Assembly (NCBI GenBank): GCA_022565335.1
Contig: JAIUMY010000001.1
Span: 87,856 to 151,855, forward strand
Direction: 5' to 3'
Origin: Opitutales bacterium
GTDB lineage: Bacteria > Verrucomicrobiota > Verrucomicrobiia > Opitutales > T3Sed10-336
Length of the DNA stretch: 64,000 nt
In this document: piece by piece, positions 56,555 to 64,000 of the stretch
How the letters are laid out: every line of letters begins with the position of its first letter
Numbering within the stretch: the stretch's first letter is position 1
Translations under genes and position numbers: made by a program
Notes under the pieces: generated by a model
What the model saw: only the letters and a program-made list of their open reading frames with translations
The model's database searches: none
Told to the model about the DNA's origin: nothing

Positions 56555-58387
56555 TTAGCGATTCAGTACAGATTCGGAGATTTTCTTTTCTTTTTCCTCA
56601 GACTTCGCCTTCTTCGGCACTGCGGATTCAGCTGATTTTTCCGGATTTTCCGGAGAACCACCTTCGGCCTTTGGAGAAGCCAGAACGGCGTTTTGCGAAC
56701 GGCGCTTTTCGCGGAGTTTCTCCGCCACCCGATCTTCCGGACGCCGATTCCGGTAAGGACGGATGTAGAATATAATGACCACGCCCGCGACCATGACCAG
56801 GGAACCAATCCACTTGAGCAACCAGCCCGGGTCATAGAGCACCTGCACCCTACTTTCGGTCAAATCATCCGGGTTCCATCCGGCTTGGGAGAATTTATAG
56901 GTATTGCCGACAAATTGACGCCAAAACTCCGGAGGGAAAGAAGCCGGCCGGTTCATACTGCAAGAAGCCGTAAGAGTCTCCCCGGTAGCCGGGTCACGGA
57001 AGGTGAGAATACTCTCATAGGAAGCCGGGTTGGTGGTTCCCTCATCCCAAGTAACGGTAAATTTGTCCAGTTCTACGGTAAAAGGGAGTTCTTTAATTCT
57101 ACGCCCATAGATGAAGCGGGTCTCCACGTTGTCGATGGTGATGCGATGATGGCTCCCCGGCAAAAACCATTCCGGTTCACTCCGCCGGCCATCCGGCAAG
57201 GCCAGATACCCCCGAACCCCGGTCATCAGTGTTTCCTCATTGATATCCGGATGCCATTCCCCGTCGTCCTCGTAATTCACCAATTCATCGCGGAAATAGG
57301 CTTCCGGATAAGCCGCGTTCAGGGTGAAAACAAAATCTTCCCAGCCCGTTTCCAGAGATTCCCCAACTTCCAAACGCCCCGTCCTCGTCTCCCCGCGACG
57401 GGTCGAGACCTGATAGCGCACCGCCCCTTCTCCCGCCGGCGCAATTTGCAGGATATTGCCAATGCCCGTTCTCACCGTGCTGTCATCGTGAATCTCCTCA
57501 ACCAAAACAATTGAGGCTTGGCCCGCCAAATCCAAAAAGGAATGTTCCGCCGGTTCGGTAATCATGAATTGATCTTCCCGCATATCCGCCCCCATGCCCG
57601 AAAGCATAAAGCTGTCGAGGCGGAAAGCGATCCCCGGATTACCACTTCCCGGTTCAGGCCTCAACTCGCGGATCTGTTCCAAACTCGCCGAATACCGGTC
57701 AAAGACCAGGGTTGGCTCACTGGGCTCTCGTTGGAACAGCTGGTCAAGTATCCTTGTTCCGGTTCCCGCAGGCTCTGCTCCCTCACCACGATAGAACGTT
57801 CCTTGCACCGGAACATACATCTTGCGGCTTTCCCGGGGCATTCGCAAATCAATGGGAAAATCCAGGGTCCACGCTCCACCTCCCTGCAAATCCCAGATTT
57901 GAATGCCAAAATCGGCTTTCGTCAATTGCGTGGTGGGTTCCCCATCTTCCAACAGGCGAATGGATCCCTCATAGCCAAACTGCCGTCCGATCATTCCCCC
58001 GGTCAGCAAAATGATGATCCCCGCATGGGTCACGACAAAGCCCGTATGCTGTTTCTTCCAGGGCCAGCGGGTAAAGGCCGCACAAAAGAGGTTTATGCAT
58101 AGAAGAATGATCCACACATTAAACCACGGCGCCTCGTAAACGTAGGCCCGGGCAATGCGCAGACCAATGAAGGGATCATCGTAAGAGCTTTCCACGGTGA
58201 TCCCGATAAGACTCGCCACAATGATGACCAGGAAGAGAAACATCGCCAACTTCAGGTTCCCGAAGAAGTGAATCACATCCCACAACGGCCCCCTATGGGC
58301 CGAAGGACGGGCTTTCCCCATACGCCACTTCTTGCCGTCTTTGGCTTGGGGCGCAGGCGCCTCATCTGCTGGTGTCATTTTTGCCAT
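56555..58387 (-). CDS. resB: System II cytochrome c biogenesis protein ResB/CcsB
   Basis: Three N-terminal TM helices with the conserved His (FVVTHAGIIIL), LPFTVELDKF, ASYES, MNRP, YKFSQAG and C-terminal TM DPG..LKWIG; directly upstream of ccsA. Confidence 0.88.
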   Translation of the reverse strand: MAKMTPADEAPAPQAKDGKKWRMGKARPSAHRGPLWDVIHFFGNLKLAMFLFLVIIVASLIGITVESSYDDPFIGLRIARAYVYEAPWFNVWIILLCINLFCAAFTRWPWKKQHTGFVVTHAGIIILLTGGMIGRQFGYEGSIRLLEDGEPTTQLTKADFGIQIWDLQGGGAWTLDFPIDLRMPRESRKMYVPVQGTFYRGEGAEPAGTGTRILDQLFQREPSEPTLVFDRYSASLEQIRELRPEPGSGNPGIAFRLDSFMLSGMGADMREDQFMITEPAEHSFLDLAGQASIVLVEEIHDDSTVRTGIGNILQIAPAGEGAVRYQVSTRRGETRTGRLEVGESLETGWEDFVFTLNAAYPEAYFRDELVNYEDDGEWHPDINEETLMTGVRGYLALPDGRRSEPEWFLPGSHHRITIDNVETRFIYGRRIKELPFTVELDKFTVTWDEGTTNPASYESILTFRDPATGETLTASCSMNRPASFPPEFWRQFVGNTYKFSQAGWNPDDLTESRVQVLYDPGWLLKWIGSLVMVAGVVIIFYIRPYRNRRPEDRVAEKLREKRRSQNAVLASPKAEGGSPENPEKSAESAVPKKAKSEEKEKKISESVLNR

Positions 58388-58580
58388 AGAGTAAAAATTG
58401 GGAAAGTTAACTCATATCTTGTCCTATCGACAACAAGAATCGGGGGTTGGTGGCGACTATTTAAAAATCTTTTCCCCTCTATTCCCAAATCTTACACTCC
58501 CTTTAGAAGACCCCGGCAAACCTCCATCGCCCAAAGTGCCTCCAGCACCACCGAGGCTGATTCCCCAAAAAACCCAACCC

Positions 58581-58841
58581 TTATCGAGCCATCTCCACCT
58601 CTGATTCCAACCACCGCCGAAGATCGTTTCTCGGGGGAAGATAACCACAGGACTTCACATCTTCATTGATCACCAGTCCCGGAGTCATCATCACGCCAAA
58701 AGATACGATACTGTTGACATCATTGACCCAAGTCACCTCAAACGCCTCCTCCAAATCGAGATTCTCGATTTCTTTTACCAAAAGATCATGCAACGGTTGG
58801 CATTCTTTTTTGCTTTCCCCTAGGATCTTGATGTAATTCAT
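58581..58841 (-). CDS. Small thioredoxin-like protein (redox-active disulfide protein 2 / MTH895 family) with the first CxxC cysteine missing
   Basis: IKILG....C, then FGVMMTPGLVIN..VKSCG.LP. The expected G.GC..C reads GESKKEC. Start re-set to ATG 58841. Confidence 0.75.
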   Translation of the reverse strand: MNYIKILGESKKECQPLHDLLVKEIENLDLEEAFEVTWVNDVNSIVSFGVMMTPGLVINEDVKSCGYLPPRNDLRRWLESEVEMAR

Positions 58842-59009
58842 AGGAGAAGAAAAACAAGTAAATTTGCCTATGACAATGTCTTTTTTTCGGGGAAGTAACG
58901 AATAAAACAACTTTGCCGAAAAGCTGAAGACCCCGAAGGAGCGCCACGCCGCTTGGCCCGACATCCTTCTTGTTTGCCAGTTTCCTGCGATAATGCCTTT
59001 ATCAGACTC

Positions 59010-59963
59010 ATGGGAAGTCTACTTATCACTGGAGCAAATGGCTTTGTCGGGCGACTGGTTGTCAAATATCTGGCGCAAAATGAAAACCAAACGGTAATCG
59101 CCGCCAGTCGCCAGCCCTTTGCTGAATCCCCTGAAATCCAGTCTTGGCCTGCCCCGGATTTAAGTAAGTCCAATAATTGGGAAAATTTTCCCGATGGCGT
59201 CGAAACCATCATTCACCTGGCCTCCCGGGCCCACGTTATGGGGGAAAAAGCCAACGAAGCCCTGCCGGCCTACCGCAAAGTCAATGTCGAGGGAACCCGC
59301 GGACTCTTGGAGGCCGCGGAACAAAAAAAGGTAAAACGTCTCATCTACCTCAGCTCCATCAAAGCGGTCGGGGAATCCAGTCAACCCGGAAACCCTTTAC
59401 ACGAGCACAGCCCTATCCATCCCGAGGATCCTTACGGGATCTCCAAAAGGGAGACCGAAGAACTGATCCAATCCGAAGCCCCCAAGCGGGGCTTATCCTG
59501 GACCATCATCCGCCCTCCCCTGCTTTACGGGCCGGGAATGAAAGGGAACCTGCCGGCCCTGGCCAACCTTGTCAAAAAACCATACCCCCTCCCTTTTGGC
59601 GGAATCCGCAATAACCGCCGCAGCCTTCTGGCCACGGAAAACCTGGTAAACTTCCTTAGCTGCTGCCTGCATGAAAGCCAAGCGACCAAAAACCAGGTCT
59701 TTCATTTGGCCGACCCCTCGCCTGTTTCCACCAGGGAACTTTTGGAGCTCCTCGCCAAAGCGCAAAATCTCTCTCCCAGTCTTCTCCCGGTTCCTCCGTT
59801 CCTCCTGAAAACCATGCTGGCCCTGGTGGGCAAAAAAGGCGTGGCCGACCGCTTGCTGGGCTCTCTGGAAATCTCCTGCCAAAAGGCCGGCCACGATCTT
59901 GGGTGGGAACCACCCCACGAAACCTCCTCCGCGCTGCAACGGACCTTTTCGTCCTCCCCGTAA
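59010..59963 (+). CDS. NAD-dependent epimerase/dehydratase (extended SDR, UDP-sugar epimerase-like)
   Basis: TGANGFVG, IHLASRAH, YLSSIKAVG, YGISK and IRPPLLYG. Start re-set to ATG 59010. Confidence 0.9.
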   Translation: MGSLLITGANGFVGRLVVKYLAQNENQTVIAASRQPFAESPEIQSWPAPDLSKSNNWENFPDGVETIIHLASRAHVMGEKANEALPAYRKVNVEGTRGLLEAAEQKKVKRLIYLSSIKAVGESSQPGNPLHEHSPIHPEDPYGISKRETEELIQSEAPKRGLSWTIIRPPLLYGPGMKGNLPALANLVKKPYPLPFGGIRNNRRSLLATENLVNFLSCCLHESQATKNQVFHLADPSPVSTRELLELLAKAQNLSPSLLPVPPFLLKTMLALVGKKGVADRLLGSLEISCQKAGHDLGWEPPHETSSALQRTFSSSP

Positions 59964-60011
59964 GATTAAGATTGTTTTGATTCCCGGGCAAAATTAATAA
60001 ACACTCATTCT

Positions 60012-60722
60012 ATGTCGGAAAAAGAATGGTATTTTGCCCCTAACAATCAGCAGCAAGGGCCCGTTTCGGAAAGCGAACTGCGGGGAATGCTTCAGTCGAA
60101 CCACCTTTCTGGGGAAACTTTGGTTTGGACCGCGGGCCTGCCCGACTGGCAACCAGCCCGACAGGTTTCGGAATTCGCAAGTCTTTTTCAGGAAGCGACC
60201 CTGCGGCCAACCGCCGAAGATCCTCCGGTGATTACCCATGCCCCGGGCATGGCCCAACCCTCTTCCGAAGATTTTGAAACAAACCCTTCCTTTGCCGGTT
60301 ACGCCGGTTTTTGGAAACGCGTGGTCGCCGCCATTATCGACGGATTTGTCTTAGCGCCTATCGGCCTGATTGCCGGAGCTTTCCTGGGATTCGCCGCCGC
60401 CGGAAGCGGAGCTTCCCACGAAGGAGTGGAATTACTCAGTAATATGGTGGGCGTTCTCATCGGTTGGCTCTACCATGGCCTGCTGGAAAGTTCCCATCGC
60501 CAAGCCACCCTGGGCAAAATGGCCATGGGCATTGTCGTCACCGACCTAAAAGGGCAGCAGATCAGTTTCGCCCGTGCCTCCGGACGCTTTTTCGGTATGT
60601 ACCTGTCCGCCTTTATTTTCCTCATCGGCTTCATCATGGTCGCTTTTACCGCCAAAAAACAAGGGCTCCACGACATGCTCGCCGGCTGCCTCGTGGTCAA
60701 CAAACCAATCGACCATAGATAA
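60012..60722 (+). CDS. RDD-family membrane protein with N-terminal GYF_2 (DUF4339) domain
   Basis: WYFA..NQQQGPV and LVWTAGLPDWQP (GYF_2); YAGFWKRVVAAIID, TLGKMAMGI and QGLHDMLAGC (RDD). Confidence 0.92.
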   Translation: MSEKEWYFAPNNQQQGPVSESELRGMLQSNHLSGETLVWTAGLPDWQPARQVSEFASLFQEATLRPTAEDPPVITHAPGMAQPSSEDFETNPSFAGYAGFWKRVVAAIIDGFVLAPIGLIAGAFLGFAAAGSGASHEGVELLSNMVGVLIGWLYHGLLESSHRQATLGKMAMGIVVTDLKGQQISFARASGRFFGMYLSAFIFLIGFIMVAFTAKKQGLHDMLAGCLVVNKPIDHR

Positions 60723-60938
60723 AATCTTCCCCGCAAAGATTCACCCTCCATCGATCGCGTTTATGGCCAGTTCTCCATAGCCAAAAGGCCGACAGATGGA
60801 AGCTTGCGCAATTTTTTGTCCCAACGGGACACCAAGCGCTTCAGACAATGGGCCTCCCGCCCGCGTTGGGGGGGCAGCCTGCGAAAGCTCGGAGGAGCCC
60901 CCTCCCGGTGCGTGTTGTTCCCTCACCACTCCGACCTC

Positions 60939-62945
60939 TCAGGCGCCAAAGCGTTCGGCCAATTCGGCCACTGAACGGGCCGGTGGTAAACAGGTTTGCC
61001 CGATGCACAATTGCAATCCATCCGGCTGGTCCTCCGCTGACCCCGCCACCACCAGAATCTTTTGCCAGGTATGCTCGCGCAAAAAAGCCGCCAACTCGTC
61101 ATGCTGGTCAAAATTCTTTATCTTGAGCACACCAATGCCCGCCCTCTCCGCGGCAAAGGCCGCAAAGGCATGGGGAATCGCGGGGGCGGCATTGACCAAA
61201 TATCCGGGATAAGCGCGCCGGAGGCTGCGGGCCCTTTCCTCATACCGCGACTCTCCGGTTAACGCATAGAGTTGGGTAAACACATGATAGAGGCAGGCAT
61301 TGCCACTGGGCGTCGCATTATCCCACCATTCCTTTTTGCGGGCGGCCAGTTTTTCATGGTGCTCTCCCGTGAAATAATACCCTACCCCATCGGGATCCCC
61401 GAAGTCTTTTTCGACCTGCTCCACCAAGTCCTTTGCCGCTTCCCAATACCGTGTGGATTCCTCCCCACGCGCGGTCGAAAGGGAGGCAAAAGTAAGCAAA
61501 GACTCCGCCAGAAAAGCATAGTCATCCAAAAACGCCTCCTGCCGCGGGCGGTCCTCGCAAAGCGCGTACAAACGGTTGTTGGGCTGACGCATATGCTCGA
61601 GGATAAAGTCGAACCCTTTCCTGGCCCGCTCCCACCATGTATTCCGTCCAAAGAAAAAGCCCGCCTCGGCCAAGGCCCCGAGAGCCAGACAGTTCCACGA
61701 CAAAATGCCCTTTTCATCCTTCCCGGGCCGAACTCTTTGCTCACGTGCCGCAAGCAATTTCCCCCGCGCTTCCGACCATTTCTCCCGCGAGGCAAAATCG
61801 GGCTCCACCAAGGCCGGATTGCTCCGCCCTTCCTCAAAGTTTCCTTCCTCGGTTATATTGTAGGCCCGGCAAAATGCCCGCCCCTCCTCTTCTCCCAAAA
61901 CCGCCTGCACCTCAGCAGGCGTCCAAGTGTAGAAAACGCCTTCCTTGCCTTCGCTATCGGCATCCAGGGACGCATGAAAAAGGCCGCTGGGGGCATCCAT
62001 CTCCCGCAGCATCCACCCCACCGTCTCTTCAGCCACCGCCCGATACAGCGGGCGCCGGTATCGCTGGTAGCCACGCACATACAGCGAGAGCAACAGCCCG
62101 TTATCGTAGAGCATTTTTTCAAAATGGGGAATGAGCCAAAACCGATCAACACTGTAACGGGTAAAGCCACCGCCGACCTGGTCGTAGAGCCCCCCATGGG
62201 CCATTCCCTTGAGGGTGGTTTCGACTATTTGATCGATCCTTTCAGAAAAACCCGACTCCTCAATCTTCCCGCTCTGCAAAAGACGCTGGTATTCCAACAA
62301 CCCCCGCAAGGCCATCGCGGGTGGGAATTTCGGCGCCTCACCGAACCCTCCGAAGTCGTCATCATGTTTTTCGCTGAAAGACTTCGCGGCCTTGGTCAGC
62401 GCGGCCTCGTCGATCACTGCGGCCCCGCTGATCTTCGGCATATTCATGGCCCCCAGATTGTGGACAATGTTCTCCGCATTTTCCTCCAGCTTATCCTTTT
62501 CCCGGTCCCAGTAATCCTTGATCCGCATCAGCAACTGGGGCCAGGGAATCATGCCATTGCCCTTGTCCTCCGGAGGAAAATACGTGCCTCCAAAAAAGGG
62601 TCGCCCGTCGGGCAAACAAAAGGCATTGAGCGGCCACCCCCCGTGATTGGCCACCATCTGCACGGCCTCCATATAGATCTGATCGAGGTCCGGACGCTCC
62701 TCCCGATCCACCTTCACACAAACGAAGTTCCGGTTCATCAGGTCGGCGATGAACTCGTTCTCAAACGATTCGTGGGCCATCACATGGCACCAGTGACAGC
62801 TTGAATAGCCAACACTCACTAGAAGAGGTTTATTCTCCTCCCGGGCCCGTTTCAGGGCCTCTTCCCCCCACGGATACCAATTCACCGGATTGTCCGCGTG
62901 TTGCCGCAGATAAAGACTTTTTTCATTCGCCAGTTGATTCGCCAT
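60939..62945 (-). CDS. Thioredoxin-domain protein YyaL/SSP411 (DUF255 plus alpha/alpha barrel)
   Basis: [67 protein letters not shown] and DNATPSGN. Confidence 0.93.
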   Translation of the reverse strand: MANQLANEKSLYLRQHADNPVNWYPWGEEALKRAREENKPLLVSVGYSSCHWCHVMAHESFENEFIADLMNRNFVCVKVDREERPDLDQIYMEAVQMVANHGGWPLNAFCLPDGRPFFGGTYFPPEDKGNGMIPWPQLLMRIKDYWDREKDKLEENAENIVHNLGAMNMPKISGAAVIDEAALTKAAKSFSEKHDDDFGGFGEAPKFPPAMALRGLLEYQRLLQSGKIEESGFSERIDQIVETTLKGMAHGGLYDQVGGGFTRYSVDRFWLIPHFEKMLYDNGLLLSLYVRGYQRYRRPLYRAVAEETVGWMLREMDAPSGLFHASLDADSEGKEGVFYTWTPAEVQAVLGEEEGRAFCRAYNITEEGNFEEGRSNPALVEPDFASREKWSEARGKLLAAREQRVRPGKDEKGILSWNCLALGALAEAGFFFGRNTWWERARKGFDFILEHMRQPNNRLYALCEDRPRQEAFLDDYAFLAESLLTFASLSTARGEESTRYWEAAKDLVEQVEKDFGDPDGVGYYFTGEHHEKLAARKKEWWDNATPSGNACLYHVFTQLYALTGESRYEERARSLRRAYPGYLVNAAPAIPHAFAAFAAERAGIGVLKIKNFDQHDELAAFLREHTWQKILVVAGSAEDQPDGLQLCIGQTCLPPARSVAELAERFGA

Positions 62946-63212
62946 ACCCCCACTAGAAGAACATCCTACCTTCCTGGCAACGATGGAGAGGAAAAAATCC
63001 TGCCCTTTTCAATCTTAACTCACATTGTCCTTCCCGCTTGAAAAAAATAGTCGGAACACCAGTAATTCAGCAAGAGCCCACGGACTGCGGAATGGCACCT
63101 GTAGGCCATGGTTTTGGATTTCAGCAAGTTATTTGAAGTCCCCGATCCGAAAGGATTTCCCGGCCATGCACCCAAAGTGGTTTATCCCCGTCGAGAAACT
63201 TACCCCCCGGGG

Positions 63213-63998
63213 TCATTCCAGGGAAAGAGGATAGACCTTTTTCAATACGGCCGGTGAAAGGCTATACCAGGAAAACTTCCAAGGCAGGTCTTCGGATGCT
63301 CCGAAGGTCCAGGAAACGGGGGTTCGGGAGGAATTCTCACTGTTCTTCCACGGCCATTCCTCACTTTCCGGAGGCAATTGCAAAACCTTCCCCAAAGCGG
63401 CCAGAAACTGGTCCTTTTGCTGTAGCCCCACCGAATGACTTAGCTGCGAGCGCAAAACCTCCGCCGAGGCAATTCCGCCCAAGCCCAGAACCGAAAGCAA
63501 CTGCCCCGCCGTCAACGAAACCACCCCTCCATCCAAGGGGACCAAAAACAAAGCCCCCAGTCCCAAAGAAACGGCGGCGCCCATCCCCACAGCCTTCCAA
63601 CGGGGCACTTTCTTCCAAATCTCGCGGGTAATCTCATCCCACTCGGACGGAGTCATGGGAGACTCTTCCTGTAGGTAAAACTCTTTGATCACTGCAACCG
63701 CAAGCTCTTTGGCCTTTTCGTGATCCAGCAAAACGCCTCGCTTTTCCGCCCAGTCTTCCAAACTCCGGGCCACTTTCTCGGAAGGCACCGTCTGCGCCCG
63801 CAGATTTTCCGAACGCTGGTTCACCGCCTCGGCGGATTTACGGGAATTGGGAAACAAATCTCGCACCCCGGCCGTCAGCCAGTCCCGGATTTTTTTCTCC
63901 GTCAAAACCCGCAATTTCCAAAAGGGTCGTACTAGCCAGGGCGCGGTACGCATGAAGCTCTCATTCATTTCCGCCACCAACCGCCGGGTGGCGATAAT
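63213..63998 (-). CDS. C-terminal part of a hypothetical protein with a hydrophobic hairpin (5'-truncated by window edge)
   Basis: The frame stays open upstream of the track start to the window end (IIATRRLVAEMNESF...). Gly/Ala-rich hydrophobic segment AVGMGAAVSLGLGALFLVPLDGG...GLGGIAS. Confidence 0.6.
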   Translation of the reverse strand: MIATRRLVAEMNESFMRTAPWLVRPFWKLRVLTEKKIRDWLTAGVRDLFPNSRKSAEAVNQRSENLRAQTVPSEKVARSLEDWAEKRGVLLDHEKAKELAVAVIKEFYLQEESPMTPSEWDEITREIWKKVPRWKAVGMGAAVSLGLGALFLVPLDGGVVSLTAGQLLSVLGLGGIASAEVLRSQLSHSVGLQQKDQFLAALGKVLQLPPESEEWPWKNSENSSRTPVSWTFGASEDLPWKFSWYSLSPAVLKKVYPLSLE

Positions 63999-64000
63999 GC

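Noticed and set aside
62775-62800. CHWCH in YyaL as a c-type heme-binding CxxCH client of the nearby ResB/CcsA
   Set aside because: This is the conserved thioredoxin-like motif of the YyaL/SSP411 family, and the protein has no export signal.
61272-62804. Long antisense ORFs (for example 61272-62804, 8901-10154, 12249-13334, 54854-55639)
   Set aside because: They are shadows of well-supported genes on the opposite strand in GC-rich DNA and carry no recognisable motifs.
1-64000. CRISPR array, rRNA, transposase or prophage genes
   Set aside because: No regularly spaced repeats, rRNA-like sequence, DDE or integrase motifs, or phage structural genes were recognised.

Overview
Bacterial chromosome segment, most consistent with a Verrucomicrobiota (Opitutales-like) organism. 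That assignment is inferred from the PVC-type division/cell-wall cluster, the MurC-MurB fusion, the clpS neighbour and the system II cytochrome c maturation genes. In order, the window holds: (i) the end of a CapD-like gene; (ii) a minus-strand pterin operon (PTPS-II, FolE2, sepiapterin-reductase-like SDR, ArsC/Spx-family) that looks like a complete tetrahydrobiopterin-type pathway; (iii) a 587-aa unknown gene with hisF; (iv) an alkylsulfatase-like MBL, a 1995-aa alpha-2-macroglobulin lipoprotein lacking the thioester motif, and a PLP aminotransferase; (v) two convergent hybrid histidine kinases with complementary defects; (vi) a complete dcw cluster (mraZ to ftsZ) with MraZ boxes, an unannotated 66-aa ORF, a 3xLysM lipoprotein, the MurC-MurB fusion and an FtsZ with an altered T7 loop; (vii) a CbiX-like gene, pal, tRNA-Ile(CAT), an NtrC-type regulator, site-2 protease-folB-folK, a candidate rod-shaped ncRNA, a CDF transporter and moeZ; (viii) a small accessory patch with a GH30 gene, an internally deleted hsdM scar, a decayed gene and a PIN/RHH toxin-antitoxin pair; (ix) mscS, clpS and partner, a KamA-type radical SAM gene, an esterase, ccsA/resB, a small thioredoxin-like gene, an epimerase, an RDD gene, yyaL and a truncated hypothetical gene. 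I saw no CRISPR array, rRNA or intact transposase. All family calls come from motif recognition by eye; no searches were run.
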